This document shows, piece after piece, positions 46,830 to 60,253 of a stretch of 64,000 bases of DNA; the first letter of the stretch is position 1; each line of letters begins with the position of its first letter. The notes under the pieces were generated by a model, which saw only the letters and a program-made list of their open reading frames with translations, was not told the origin of the DNA and searched no databases. The DNA comes from the human T2T-CHM13v2.0 reference genome, Homo sapiens, in NCBI RefSeq assembly GCF_009914755.1, contig NC_060930.1; one strand, written 5' to 3'. The position numbers and the translations under genes were made by a program.

Positions 46830-47950
46830 TTCTGGGTTTTGGTCTGGTGTGTAGAGAATTTGGAAGTCATCATTCCCATCTACACAATAAGAGAAAAGCT
46901 GAACAAACTAAAAATCAACTCTTCTTAGATTTTTAAGAAAATTGAGATCATTTCCCACTAAAGGAAAACTTCTGCCCCCAAACATTGGAGAGACAGTCAG
47001 GCAGGTACAAAGAATTATAGCTTACCAGAGCAGAAATTCAGAAGCAGAAACCTCTGCTGGAGCCAAAACCAGGGTAGAAAAACAAACTGTAATTGATGAA
47101 ATGCTGGAGGCTCAGTGTGTACGAGCTTGAGAGTTAGTTAGAAACTACAGGGGAGCCCACTCTTAGGGAATATCCCACACTGTAATGAACTTTATGTTCA
47201 AAAATGCTACAGGGTTCTCACAGTGAGGTTTGGAGAAAAATCCCCTCATGCTTCCAGCATGGAGAGGAGAGAATAGCCATTTTGAAGACTCCCAGAGCAT
47301 TCTGTTCCTCTTAACAAGGCTTGTCCTCAAGTGAAACTATTTTACCAGAGCTTAGTTGACCTGCAGGAAGGGAAATACCCAACTCCAGCCCTGTGTAGAT
47401 TTTCTGTCTCACCTAAGGGAATGGGGTACAGAGAAGCACATTCGAAGGTCACAGACCAGAGGCACAGAATCACCAAGACTGAGACCTAATTATAGGACTG
47501 TTAAAGGCTTACCCTCTCCCTACACCTTACTGCCATATCAACAGGGATCTTTTATAACAACAGGAGATTACAACTGAAAGAACTCCACACCTCACACTTC
47601 TTTAAGAAGAATTTTCTAATGAAACCAAAATACAACAGGCAAGATGAAAATAAAAATATAAGACGAAATTTTGACCTCTGACACCTATGGCTGTAGCATA
47701 GCAAACACAGCCTGACTCCTAGCCAGATAAACATAAAATGTTATGCTACAGGCCTATTTATCTGAGTTCCTTTTACGCAATGCATCATGTGTTTAAATAT
47801 AAAATTACAAGACACACTAAAAGCCAAAAAAATAGAAGAGACAGAGTAAGCATTGAAGTCAGACTCAGGTATGACAGGGAGTCTGTAATTATCAGACTGG
47901 GAATTTAAAACAACTGTGACTAATATGCTATGAGCAGTAATAAAACAACC
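46830..47950 (+). mobile_element. Ancient L1M (MC/MD-type) 5' region
   Basis: gaaaagctgaacaaactaaaaatcaactcttcttaga ... gtcagactcaggtatgacaggg ... atcagactgggaatttaaaacaact resembles an L1M 5'UTR and ORF1 start. Confidence 0.55.
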
Positions 47951-47983
47951 TTAACAATGATGACCAAAATGAAAACACGTATA

Positions 47984-48335
47984 CAGATGCTCCTCGACTT
48001 ATGATGGGGTTACATTACGATAAACCCATCAAAAGTTGAAAATATTGTAAGTGGAAAATGCATTTAATACACCTAATCTACTGAACATCATAGTTTGGCC
48101 TAGCCTACCTTAAATTTGTCCAGTACACTTACATTAGCCAACAGCTTGGGCAAAATCATTCAACCCCACACCCATTTTATATTACAGCGTTGAATAGATC
48201 ATGTAACTTATTGAATGCTGTGCTAAAAGTAAAAAGCAGAAGGGTTGTAGGGATGTTCAAAATACCATTTCTACTGAACGTATGTCACTCTCGTACAATC
48301 ATAAAATCGAATAATTGTAAATTAGTGACCGCCTA
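47984..48335 (+). mobile_element. MER47A-like (TcMar-Tigger) DNA transposon
   Basis: TA|cagatgctcctcgacttatgatggggttac ... gaccgccta|TA, with TA target duplication. Confidence 0.85.
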
Positions 48336-50843
48336 TACTGTGCTCTGTGCTCTTAGGAATACTGCAACGTCCAGTGTTGTCTTCGTCCTTCAGGAGTTTA
48401 CAGTGTTTCAGAGTTGACAGAGAAATGAGCAAACGTTCCAACAGAATGTGATAACTGATGCAATGTTTAGTCTCTTCCCATCTATTCTAGTGCTAGAATG
48501 CCATGACTTACCCCCTGTACATTGTCAACTCTCCATTATGGACACTGTTTTCATGTTCACCTACACTCTATGTACACACTTCATTTTTAGTACTAATGCA
48601 AATCAATTTACCTTTTTTCTAATTCTTATAACTGCTTTATTCTTAAGACTCTCTCAAGTTTGATATCTTCCTGTGAATGAAGTACCCATGAAGTTTCACA
48701 TTTCCCCATGGTTGTGATTTTTATTCTTTTAATATCCCATTTGCACTAAAGATTAGTGGGGGAGGGAAAAATAAACCTAAAAAGTGATTTTCTAATGTTT
48801 TTATGCATTTTCCATACCTGTATCCATTTCAATATTTTATTTCAATATTTACAAATTTAACGTGCTACAAATATTTTATCAAATATTTTGAATATTTGAT
48901 TTTCTGATAATTCAGCAGATTATTTTATTTTCTGTTCCAATTAATAATTTGCGTGTTATTTTCAAAAGTATATTTCTTAGGAATATCTAATTTAGAGTAA
49001 ATACATACTGCTATAGCATTGGCATGAATAACATTTCAATGTTAAAATTCTTTTTCAATAAACTGAATTTCCCCTATCTTTAGCTACTCATTTTAAAGAA
49101 TAACTAATGCATTAGCAAAAGTTGAATCTCCCTTATCTCATTGTAGCATTTCACACAAACATTATCTCTTGCTATGACAAGTTTTTAAATTTTGTTTCAG
49201 CTTTCAAGTACTTAGAGAATGGTTGCAAAACTATCCATTTGAAATTAATTTAGTAAATGCCTTACTAAAATGTAAATGCATTATGTCTATAACATTTTCT
49301 TCTATTTAGTAGACATGTGGTCTTATAAAACTATATTTTCCAAGATGTTTCTATTTCTAACATATACTAATGTATTTATCCTTCAGATTTGATTTTTTTA
49401 TTAAAGAAAGAGCTCAAATATTAATAGATTCATATTTCACATGTGAAAGAACATATACCAGGAGATTAACTATTTCAGGAAATTTTATAGATATTTGGTA
49501 GTAAATTATTTGTTTTTATGAAAACATATCATATGTAAAATAAGCATTGATTTTCTAAGTTATTTAGATTCCTACGTATCTAAGGCTGCACTGGCAGAAG
49601 ACATAGTTAAATAAAAGACACATCTCAGTATTTTGCTCTTTATACTGACTCTTCGAGGAAGACATTATTGGTATAATCTGAGGTGTCAGAAAAATAACTT
49701 CTTGGTACCAACTAACTTCCAATTTAAGTATCAGAGCATCTGATATTTTTCTCCAAAGATCTATCGCTTTTGTAGCAGTAAGAGAAAATCTTTTTCCTAG
49801 GGCAAATCCAAAATTAGAGAATTCTCAGAGAAAGGAAGATATCTGTTTGAGCTCATTCATATCCCTCCAAAACAGATGAGCCCTGGGAATATCCTTTAAG
49901 AGGGAACAGCATTGGACTTAAGCCCAGGTCCTTCTACAATTGATTTTTCAAAATCTTGTGTTCCGTGACAGTTATTGATTATTTTTTTCTATGTAATTCC
50001 TTAACCTCGTCTAGAGACTCTTGGTTCTGGTTTTTCCTTTCTGATCTTTCACTTCTGAGAAGGAGTTTCTAGCTCCATTTACACTTCCCTTCACACTTGT
50101 TCATCTTTTATACACACTGGCCAGATGCTTGAAGTATGATTCTTTATTCTGGCACTGACTCTAGTCACCTGACTATACCCCATCTCTAATTATTTAGCCT
50201 TAATTTCAGTGAAGGCTGGTCTAATAATGATATTTATAAATATACATTTAAAATTTCTGATAACACATTCTTACCAATTGCTGTTTTTTCACTATATTCA
50301 TGGGCTGCGGTCAGTTTTAATAAAAGACTGTGGTCAAATGCTATTTTTTAATAGAGACATTTTTACCAAGGAAAGTCATTTCTAGTGCTAATGGAGTTCA
50401 GGCCAGTTCAAACTTGCTGAGGAAGCAGATCCGTCCTCCTCGGACATACAATATGCTGAGCCCAACCCTGGAAGTAGTACTATGTCCTTGGGCAAAATAA
50501 AAGTTCCGCCAAGACCCTGACGGTATTAAGTAATTCCTCCACTGGCATCCTCCTTCCAAATGCATTAAGACATTAAAGGCCAATACATTAAGTCACTTGC
50601 ACCTTGGTGTGGATCAGTTTATCAGAATGTTTTTCTTCTGAAAGAAAGGACTGAGGGTGCAAGTGATGCACGGACAACAAGGGAAAGAGGAATGCCGAGA
50701 AAAGTGTAGCGTGCACAGAGAAGGAGAGATGCGCTGAAGATTAACTACTCCGACCTTATTTTTCACCATATAATTTTCTACTATTTACTGTGTATCAAAG
50801 AGAATAAAAAATTATTACAACCACAACCACCAGTAATCTTTAC

Positions 50844-50959
50844 CATAAATCCAGGTGTGCATAAACATGTCGAGCCAGGTTCATTCTCCATGCAGAGTTC
50901 ATGAACACATGAGTTGGGAATGCACTCAAGCTCATTCTCACAGTGGTGTCCAGACCATC
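50844..50959 (-). CDS. EYS: EYS exon 24 (116 nt): (G)WSGHHCENELECIPNSCVHELCMENEPGSTCLCTPGFM, EGF-like
   Basis: Acceptor ttgttgaacag|GA, donor ATG|gtaaag. Phase 1-0 with an EGF cysteine pattern. Absent from the ORF track; found by reading the minus strand. Confidence 0.95.
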
Positions 50960-52748
50960 CTGTTCAACAAAATTACAAAGCAGATATGCAATTTTTAATG
51001 ATAATAAAAACAGTTATGCTAATAGCCTATATTTATTGGCTTTTACTATTTGAAATAATTATGCTAGATGTTTTGTACAAATTACCTCAGTGTATCTTCA
51101 TGATCAGTTTATCAGGTAGCTCTTATTCTATCTCTATTTAGTTCAAGAGAAAATTAAACTCAGAGAAAATAAATAATTTGCTCTAAAATCACCTAGTTAA
51201 GTATAAATGAAAGTGAGTACATGTATGATATGTCTCAGCTCTTATCCGTGGTGCCATTTAACATTACATATTCAAATGTCTTTACTTATTTTACTTTGGA
51301 ATAAATACATGGAAAGCAATAGAATAAAGACACTTAATAATTCCCTTAATATGAATCTTAAATTCAGAGGAAAGCACCTACTATAGATCTCTAGATATAC
51401 AATGTTATTTGTAATACTTGTAGTATTACAGTTAGTATTTTACATTTAGTATTTGTTATACTGTGATTCTATAGAATATAAGTATTGTGTCTACGTACAT
51501 TTGGCCATTGGCTGTAAGAATTCTCATTAAACATGACAATCTAAAATTTTCCAGACCAAAACACAGTTTGATTGTATGTATTTTGTTTGGCTTTTGCTAG
51601 TCAAACATTTTATTATTTCCATCATCAACCTATCAACCAACATTGCTAAGTACTCCATAAGCTAATATCTCAGCTATGCTTTACTGGGTAGATATTAGGA
51701 ACATTTTTTTGAAACCATTGATTCTTTCCCATCAGATAATTACTTCTAATGAATCTTAATATGCCTAACATGCTAGCCACAACATCACGTTAACCTAAGT
51801 ATACCCTTCCACATAGGGACAATGGGTCTTTACAGGCAGCTCTCACTGCTCACTGACTATGCTTACTCTAATCACAACTTTTTAACTTTTCTTTATTTTT
51901 CTATGTATTGTCCAATAGCATTTAATCTGAACCCTGGCTGTTGGGAAATGTAAAATTTAATTATTGTTCATACTTAGGAAGATATTCTGATTGTTCTTCC
52001 CTGATAAATTGTAACAAAACAATTAAATACATATTTTGAGGTACTTAGAAATGATTTATTGAAACACTTCATTATAAGAAACAAATAGGGCCTGAGTCTA
52101 AAAGACATGGCAATGTCCACATCAAACTTAGAAATAGCGGCCAAGAGACTAAATTTATCAAATCTTCATCCAAGACTCTTTCCACTTTGCAATGCTCTTT
52201 CATGTGCTGGGCTGATTCTGCAGAGATCTCTACTGAAGAGGCTGTAAAAGGTGATATGGAAAAAAACATCTTCACAGGGTTTATAAAAAGCCAATATGAC
52301 TTTGTTGAGTCTCACAAACATAGTTGAGTCTCACAAACATATTATTGAGCATAAAAACATATTGCATAAAAATACACCCTGATAAATGCTCTTATAAAAT
52401 TCGAATGCATATGAAACTTAGTAACATTGCTTAGAGATGCATACATATATAATAAAACTCTAACAAATACTAAAGGAATGCTGATATAAAATTCAGAATA
52501 GTTACTTCAGGGAGTGGGATGTCCCTGGAGGGATATAGAGGTGGCGAGAATTATTGCTAATATTCTATTTCTCAGAACACATGGTAGTTATACACATTTA
52601 TTACAGTGTATTTTGTATTTTTTATATATTGTATCCTCTTCTGATCGAATATTTCAAAATATAATTTAAGCAATTAAAATGACATAGTTTTCCTTTGCTT
52701 CTCATACTGTGAAGAACATGATAAAGCTTTAAACCATAAGATGGGAAG

Positions 52749-53439
52749 TGTAAAAGAAAAATTGCACTGGGCCAGTTATACAGACAAAGAAGACTTCATT
52801 CAAGAGTACTGCATAGGAGACAGATTTTTACAATAGAGTAGAGAGCTTGTACTCAACCCCACTAAAATAAATGGGAGCAGGAACATTTTTAAAGGCCAGG
52901 TGAGCTAACGGAAAAGTACCAGGGGGATGTTTGGGTGGGTGGGAATTTGGTCAATTTCAATAGGCCACCTGTACTTGCTGTCTCTTACTGAAGTTAGGCT
53001 TCTACTCTCCCAAAGAGACTGGGAAATAGGGGCACTATTTGTCTCGTTCCAGGGTTACATTTGTTTTGTTTTGTCTTTCATTGTTGTTGTTTTTGCTGTT
53101 TTGTTTTGTTTTGTTTTTGAGACAGGGTCTTGCACTGGTGCCCAGGCTGGAGTGCAGGGGTATGATCACACATCACTGCAGCCTCAACCTCCTGGGTTCA
53201 AGCAATCCTCTCACCTCAGCCCCCGGAGTAGAGGATTACATTTTTGAAGGAATGACTCCCAGGTCCTTGGGAAACAGCCTGAGAGAAGATTTACATCTCA
53301 AAGAGACAGAGAAATAATTTACAACTACAAGTTTTCTAAAGTAAATGCTCTACGAAAAGGGAGATCAGGCCCTATAGTCAGGAAGAAGTCTGTCTAAAGC
53401 CTAGTCAAACTGAGAAAAACATTAAGGCTGTGTTGGTCA
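52749..53439 (-). mobile_element. MER67-like ERV1 LTR interrupted by a truncated Alu
   Basis: tgtaaaagaaaaattgcactgg ... gagaagatttacatctcaaag ... taaggctgtgttggtca. Confidence 0.75.
53063..53231 (-). mobile_element. 5'-truncated AluJ right-arm fragment with a (GTTTT)n-type tail
   Basis: gagacagggtcttgc ... cactgcagcctcaacctcctggg. TSD agggttacattt (53051-53062) / aggattacattt (53232-53243). Confidence 0.85.
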
Positions 53440-54448
53440 AAGACAACAAACAAGGATAGAAAATAAATTAGTCAAGATTCATTACAAGAAACAGAAATCA
53501 CTCTAGTTATTTAAGCAAAACGGACCTGAATAATGGAATTAGATGCTTACAAAATTATCAGAAGGAAGGAAAGCTGTAGGAGTAACACCAAGAACCACAG
53601 GTATGACTTTCTGGAAGATGTCCCCTCAGTCAGGATCAGGAAGATGAGAAATATAAAAGCACTCTTAGGATTTTTGAGTTCAAGAGCCCATTGTGCTAAT
53701 CCAAGGAAGGTTGACCACCAGGCAGCTGCCGTTTCAATGCACCTACGCACTGAAATAGTGACTCTACAGTGAGATCTGCTGCAAAGATCCACATAGCTCC
53801 ATGACTTTTTTTTACCAGAAGAATCTGCTAAGACACCCAGAAATGGTCTCCATCAGAGCCTTCAGATTTTAGGTATGTTTCTTACTGGTGGAACTCAATT
53901 ATATTTGCAACTCCAGTTTTGAGGGATTCTGGAAGTTGTAGTTTTCAATACTCTTGCCTCTGCAGTACAGGAAACCACACTACATGGGAGTGGATACTGA
54001 GTGTCAATCATACCCATTAGTATGAAGAAACACGTAAGATGAATAGGTGCTTATTCTGGTGTGGGACAAGGTAATGGGTAAGAAATGAGACCAGAATAAG
54101 AAAACATAAATCAGGCAAATAAATATTTATTGGATTTTTTTAATGTTCAGAAATGAAATATATTTTCTTTTGAATCTTATGTAGGTTTTATGTTCATTCT
54201 TAATAAGGTAACCAAATATTCAGAAAATAGTTTGGTAACTGAAAACAAAAACCAAAAATTGTCATTAGCAATCTAGGAAAAGTAATCAAATTATTATGGT
54301 GTTAAACTAATAGTATTAACCTAATGTCTGACACATAATATAAAGTAAGTAAGTGCATAAGGAATAAATGATTTAAAATAATTGTGGTGCAAAATAAAGA
54401 CAACTTTAGGTGACACATTGCAATAAAATTGGAGTAAATTTTTACTAA

Positions 54449-54560
54449 TTTTTTTTTAAAGACAATCTTGCTCTGTCACCCAGGCTGGAGTGTAGTGGCA
54501 TGATCACAGTTCACTGCAACCTTAAACTCCTGGGCTCAAGGGAGCCAACCCACCCAGCCT
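54449..54560 (-). mobile_element. Alu monomer or fragment (FLAM/AluJ)
   Basis: cttgctctgtcacccaggctggagtgtagtggcatgatcacagttcactgc. Confidence 0.75.
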
Positions 54561-56751
54561 AAAACTAGAGTGATCTTAAGTTGAAGACTAAACCAAATCT
54601 TTAAATACATTGATATATTCAGCTAGAAATATTGACCAGTTTTAATATTACCATTCTATAACATAAGTTATAATACTTTGAGTTTATGAATGAAAATAAA
54701 TGTCACTACTTCTAAGATTTATATATTTTATTTTCATTTCATTTTCCCTCTCTGCCCATAGTGATTTCTATCTGATGTTATGAATATAAAATAAAAATAA
54801 ACCTAAACCTAAAATAATTTTGTCTAACTAGTTAATACATTATTTAGTAATTGGATAACATAAAATTATTTTCTCTTCTTAGTCTAACTCTAGAATATGT
54901 AAAAAAATTTTACATGTACACCCTCATGAAAATACAATAGTATACACTCTTTTATCTCATAATAAGGATTTCTTTACTTTTCATGGATCTTGATTTAAAA
55001 AAAGATTATTCTGTATCTCTTTTGTTCTAAATGCAGCCACCTCATCATCGACAATAATTGTGGCTACTGGTGGCAGATATTATCCATGTTTGTTTCTCTG
55101 TTTTCTTGCCCCAAGGATAGTGCAGCATTTCTGCTACAAAATGAACAATACTACTTTAAGGGCAAAACATGCATTTGAAGTTTGCATCACCAGCAATATA
55201 ACACCATTGCACCCCTGCTGGGTATAAAAAGTATCTGGGCACAGTGACTGTCCCAGGGATTGAGAACAACTCTGAGTGAATTTGTGGTACACAAACTGTT
55301 CCCTATCACTTTCAATTTGCTCTTCATGGGATAGCTCTGATCACTTACTGGGTGTTCTACATTGTTAGATAACACTATACATGGTACTATTTCGGCTAAA
55401 AACACACTAAGTGTGTTTCTATTTCTATAAAAAACATCTGAATACCTATATTGATACTTCATTGGAAATGAGCTCAAAAACCCATTTAATTCCCTATATA
55501 GGTACAGGATGAACTCTGTGATTAGGACTGTCCTAAATGATGTTCAGGATGTTTCTTGCACAAAGAATTCATGCAAAGAGGATGAGTGAGGTCTGAAATC
55601 TAACCTGAGCTCCACTTGTCAAGTCTTATACCTTGTTGGCTTGGAGGAAGTGGCATATTTATATAATTTTTCTGCCTAGAGATGGTGGAGGGCTTTATGC
55701 TTACCATGGCCCTGTCATGACTGGACAACATTGGCCATCATAAATGAATTGTACTTTTTCAATATGTGCTGAACACTCCCCAAGGACTGATTATGATACA
55801 AACTCTCTACTAGGATTTGGTGATACAAAAATAAACAACATTTACAATGTCTTCTAACCCACTTATATCCAGGTTAAATTTCAGTGTGTTTTGCAGACTG
55901 TCTGGTGGGGAAAACAGTATTTAGTTTTTCAAACTGTGCTCTGTTCAGAATGTTGCAGGATTCACACAGCTCTGTTTGTACTAAAATGAAGAGGGAAGGG
56001 AGAAAAGAGATAAAACCTTTTGGCATAGAGGTGGAGTTACCCAGGATGACAACCATGGAGTTGTTGTTAGATAAAGACAAGAGTATTTTGATAATTAGCA
56101 ACATAATATGAATGTAAGAAAGATTTCCACAACTGAAGAAAATGGCAATGATTTATAGTGTTTAGCCAATTTAAAGACAGAGGAATACTTGTGTAGTTTT
56201 CTACCTGGAGCTGTGTAAGATAAGATAATGGCATGACTGAGATCAAAGCCTAGGAAAAAATTTTCAAAATTATTTGAGGCTTTTTAAAAATCAATGACAG
56301 AGAAGTGGACATGTGTAAATGAAATGAATCAGTCTTTGTGTTTTTCTATGGCATTTAGGAGAAAGCAAATTGCTGTGAATTACTCAGAAGAGTGAAAAGT
56401 TTTATATTTTTCTAATGGAATCTTTTAAAGAGAAAAACAGATTGGGTAGGAGACTTCCTGAGAATTCTCACAGTGTTTAGAATTGCTAACATCTAGACTA
56501 AGCTGAACCACACTGATTGATTTTATTGGGGAAGGCCTTTGTTTTTTAATGATTGGTCAATTCAATTTTTTACTGTAGTAAGCACATTTAACATGAGCTC
56601 TCACCATTTAACACGTTTAACTGTGTAATACATTACTATTAACTATAGGCATGATATTGTACAGATCTCTAGAATGTATTCATCTTGCATGACTGAAACT
56701 TTATGAGGAGTTTCTCTTCACCAAGATAACATTTTGGGGGAATATGAGAAA

Positions 56752-56970
56752 TGATGAATGCACAAGTGTCAGTGCAGACTTCTTAGGTGTGAATCTTAGC
56801 TTTGCCACTAACATGTTGTGGGACATTACCCAGTGGTTCTGGGACTCTGTTTCCTTATTAGAAAAATTAGGTAAAATGAGATGCCCTTTTCTCGATGCTA
56901 TGAAAACTTAATTAGTTAATACATCTAAAATAACATGGTGTCTATGCAGTAATACTGATATTATTATTAT
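56752..56970 (+). mobile_element. MIR
   Basis: Core-like gtgtgaatcttagctttgccacta ... ctctgtttccttatt, with a tattattattatt end. Confidence 0.55.
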
Positions 56971-58296
56971 TTTCTAAGCACATACATGCCAAAGAACTCA
57001 CACATTTGATCTTCGAAATATAAAATTCATATACACGAGACAGAGGTGCTGAAAAAAGGTAGAATTTTCAATAAAAATTATAGAGAAAAATTAGTATTCT
57101 ATCAAAATCAGTTCCTTTTGGGGGTAAAGAGTTAATTACAAAGGGACAGCATGAGAAAATTTTGGAGGATGGTGGTTAATTGCCTTACTGTGAGGGTGGT
57201 TACACAACTTTATGCATTTACCAAAGCTATAAAATTGTACACAAGAGAGTTAATTTTACTGTGGGAATAAAAATACCCTGAAACCGTGGCAAACTATGCC
57301 CATTAAGAAAATGAGAAAGGGATGAAGAGTAATCTGCAGGAGCAAGATTATTCCTTAAATAACTTTAAAAGGAGGATGGATTGGCATGATTAAGAGCTAT
57401 GGCTGGAGCAGAGACAGGAGTGTTGGGGACGTGTCAATAGCATTTTCCAAAAATTTGACTTTTTCATTTGTCACTTAGTTTTCACTCCCATGACTAAGTT
57501 GTGAAGAGTGTAAGTAACTCTAAAGTCAAAGGTATCAGCAGATTTTGAATAACGCCTAGCAATACAGGTGGTATCATTTTGAGGTCTTCTGCTTCCCAAT
57601 AGTGATCTGAAAAGCAGCCTGAACAATTCAACAGCTTAAAAATGTCCTCATGCTTACAAGTGAATCCAGAGTAGTGGAATCAACCTACAGCAACAAAACT
57701 AATCTAGCACCTGTAAGATGTTTATTAACATGAAACAGAAAATGAATCTAGTAGTTACAAGATACCTATTGTTATGATAAACAAAATTTATATGGGTATT
57801 TTACTTAACTGTTTCTGTAGAATTTATTGTTTATGCTAGCTACCATAGAGTATGAAGTGTTTGTGGGCACAATAAAGATATTTTTTGCTTGAAAGAGGCA
57901 AAATGTTTGAAATGGTATTCATTTCTTATATAAGAAAACTGTAATTTTATTCTACTTATGTTACCTGCAAGAGTTCCCATTTTATGTACGGCTGGCTATT
58001 TCAAAAGGGAAGTACAAAGTTCTCCAGATGTTCTACGTGACCAAATAAAACCTAGTACTAGTAATGAATGTTCAAAAAACAGAGTAGGTCTCTGAGTGAT
58101 GTTTAACTTCTAAATAGTATGTGGGTGACACTCAGTTGATAGGTATTCACTAGTTTGTATGACTTCACATAAATCATATTAGTCCTAATACTCTCATGGC
58201 TATTATTTCCGTGGTGGGCCCAATAACCAGAAGCCCAGAACCCTAGGGTTTCCATAGGCTTTCTGAAGTCTTCTGTGAGGTAGGTAAATAGGGACT

Positions 58297-58461
58297 ATTT
58301 TTTTTCTAAGAGATCAAGTCCTGCTATGTTTCCCAAGCTGGAGTTCAGTGGCTATCCACAGATACAATCAAAGCATGTATCAGCCTCCATCTCCTGGGCT
58401 CAAGTAATCCTCTCGCCTCAATATAGTTGGAACTATAGGCATGCTACTATCATGACTGGCT
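58297..58461 (-). mobile_element. Alu monomer (FRAM/AluJ arm)
   Basis: cagcctccatctcctgggctcaagtaatcctctcgcctca. Confidence 0.75.
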
Positions 58462-58747
58462 CAATAACTTTTTTTAAGTGACCAGAAATATCCCCTACAT
58501 ATATTCCTGAGAAATTACTGCTGCTCAAGGAAATTTAGGCATTGAACATCCGTTTTGGGTTAACTGAATGTTGAAAATAAGATGAGTGGCAGAAGATGTA
58601 GGAAAAGAGCAAAAATCTGAAGTTAGAGAACTAAAGAAAAAAGAAGGAAAAAAATGCATGATCAACAATCACTTATATCAATATAGACCTAAAAGGAATA
58701 TGATCAAAGGTAGAGATGGCCAAAAAGACCAATTTTTAATGAGCAGT

Positions 58748-59117
58748 TTTCTTAATCCATTCAAGACTGCTATAACAAAAATACCATAAACTGGATAGCT
58801 TACAGAAAACAGAAATTTATTTCTCACAGTTCTGGAAGCTGCAGGGTACAAGAACAAGTTGATGACAGATCCTGTGTCTGTGGAGAGCCTGCTTCTTGGT
58901 TCTTAGATGTTGCCTTCTGGCTGTGTCCTCACATTGTGGAAGGGCCAGCTAGCTCTCTAGGGTCTACTTTATAAAAGTGCTAATCCCATTCGCAAGGGCT
59001 TTACTCTCATGACCTAATCATCTTCCAAAGTCCCACCTCTTAATACTATACTATCGTATTGTTGATTAGGGTTCAACACATGAATTTCAGGGAGACACAA
59101 ATATTTAGACAATAGCA
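58748..59117 (-). mobile_element. MLT1A-like MaLR solo LTR
   Basis: cttaatccattcaagactgctataacaaaaatacca ... gagacacaaatatttagacaatagca. Near-TSD gcagt / gcaat. Confidence 0.87.
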
Positions 59118-59547
59118 GCAATTATTCCTTGAAGAAAACAAGTTTATTCAGCTCGTCCATCTCTGTGCTGACAATTGTTGGAAGAAATAATAATGTCAAT
59201 ACTAATAAGAGCTAACATTGATAAAGTACTTGCTGTGTGCCAGGCATAATTGATACAAAGATCAGAAGTATGAGGCTTACATATGTTTAGAAAATCCATC
59301 AATAAGGTATTACACTCTAAACATTAAGATTTCCTGATGAAAGCCTAAGTGCTTGCTTTCTAGTATCATACAACATTCATTTCATGTTTTTAAAGAATGA
59401 TCATTGCTTAAAACTTGATTAGTAGTCAACAATAGTATTGGTGGAGTGGATTGTCAAAATTGTATTATACATACATGTCCATATACATTTACATAAACGT
59501 ATATATTATTATATATGCAGTATGCTTATTATTTTTAAAATAATTAC

Positions 59548-59672
59548 CTGGTTGGCATTTGCAAACATATCCATTGATGTGATCTTCACAGTCTGCACCA
59601 TGTAGACATGGTGATGAAGAGCATTCATTTATATTAATTTCACAAAATTGACCAGAAAATCCAGGAAGACAT
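59548..59672 (-). CDS. EYS: EYS exon 23 (125 nt): [41 protein letters not shown], calcium-binding EGF
   Basis: Acceptor ttttttttctttag|A, donor CCAG|gtaatt. Phase 2-1 with a textbook cbEGF consensus. Not in the ORF track. Confidence 0.96.
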
Positions 59673-59805
59673 CTAAAGAAAAAAAATGAAAACGATATTT
59701 GTATATATTATACACATGAGCACTATCACTTTTCATCTTGGGATTCCATCATTCAAACGTGTTTTCAGAGCTCCAACAACATGTAGCTGGGAGCCTTCCT
59801 TGGGG

Positions 59806-60253
59806 TGACAATGAGTTGAATTGTGGCCCCAAAACAGTATGTCTAATACTTAACACTAAATATCTGTGAATGTGAATTTATTTGGAAATAGAGTCTCTGC
59901 AGATTTAATTAAGTATCTTGAGATGAGGTCATTCTGGATTAACTCGGTGGGCTCTAAATCCAGTGACAAGTGTTCTTACAAGCACAGAAGACAGAGACCC
60001 ACAGGGGAGAAGGCCACGTGAACATGCACATAAAGATTAACATTATGCAGCCCTAAGTCAAGGAACACCCAGAGCCTCTAGAAGCTGGAAGAGGAAAGAT
60101 AAGATTTTTTCCTAGAGTTTTCAGAGGGAACATGGCCTTGCTGACACTTTAGTTGGACTTCTGGTCTCCACAACTATGAACAAATAAATTTCTGTTATCT
60201 TAAGCTAACGAGTTTGTGGTAATTTATTATGTCATTCCTAGGAAACTAATACA
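59806..60253 (+). mobile_element. MLT1C-like MaLR solo LTR
   Basis: tgacaatgagttgaattgtggcccc ... aataaatttctgtt ... ctaggaaactaataca. Confidence 0.87.
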
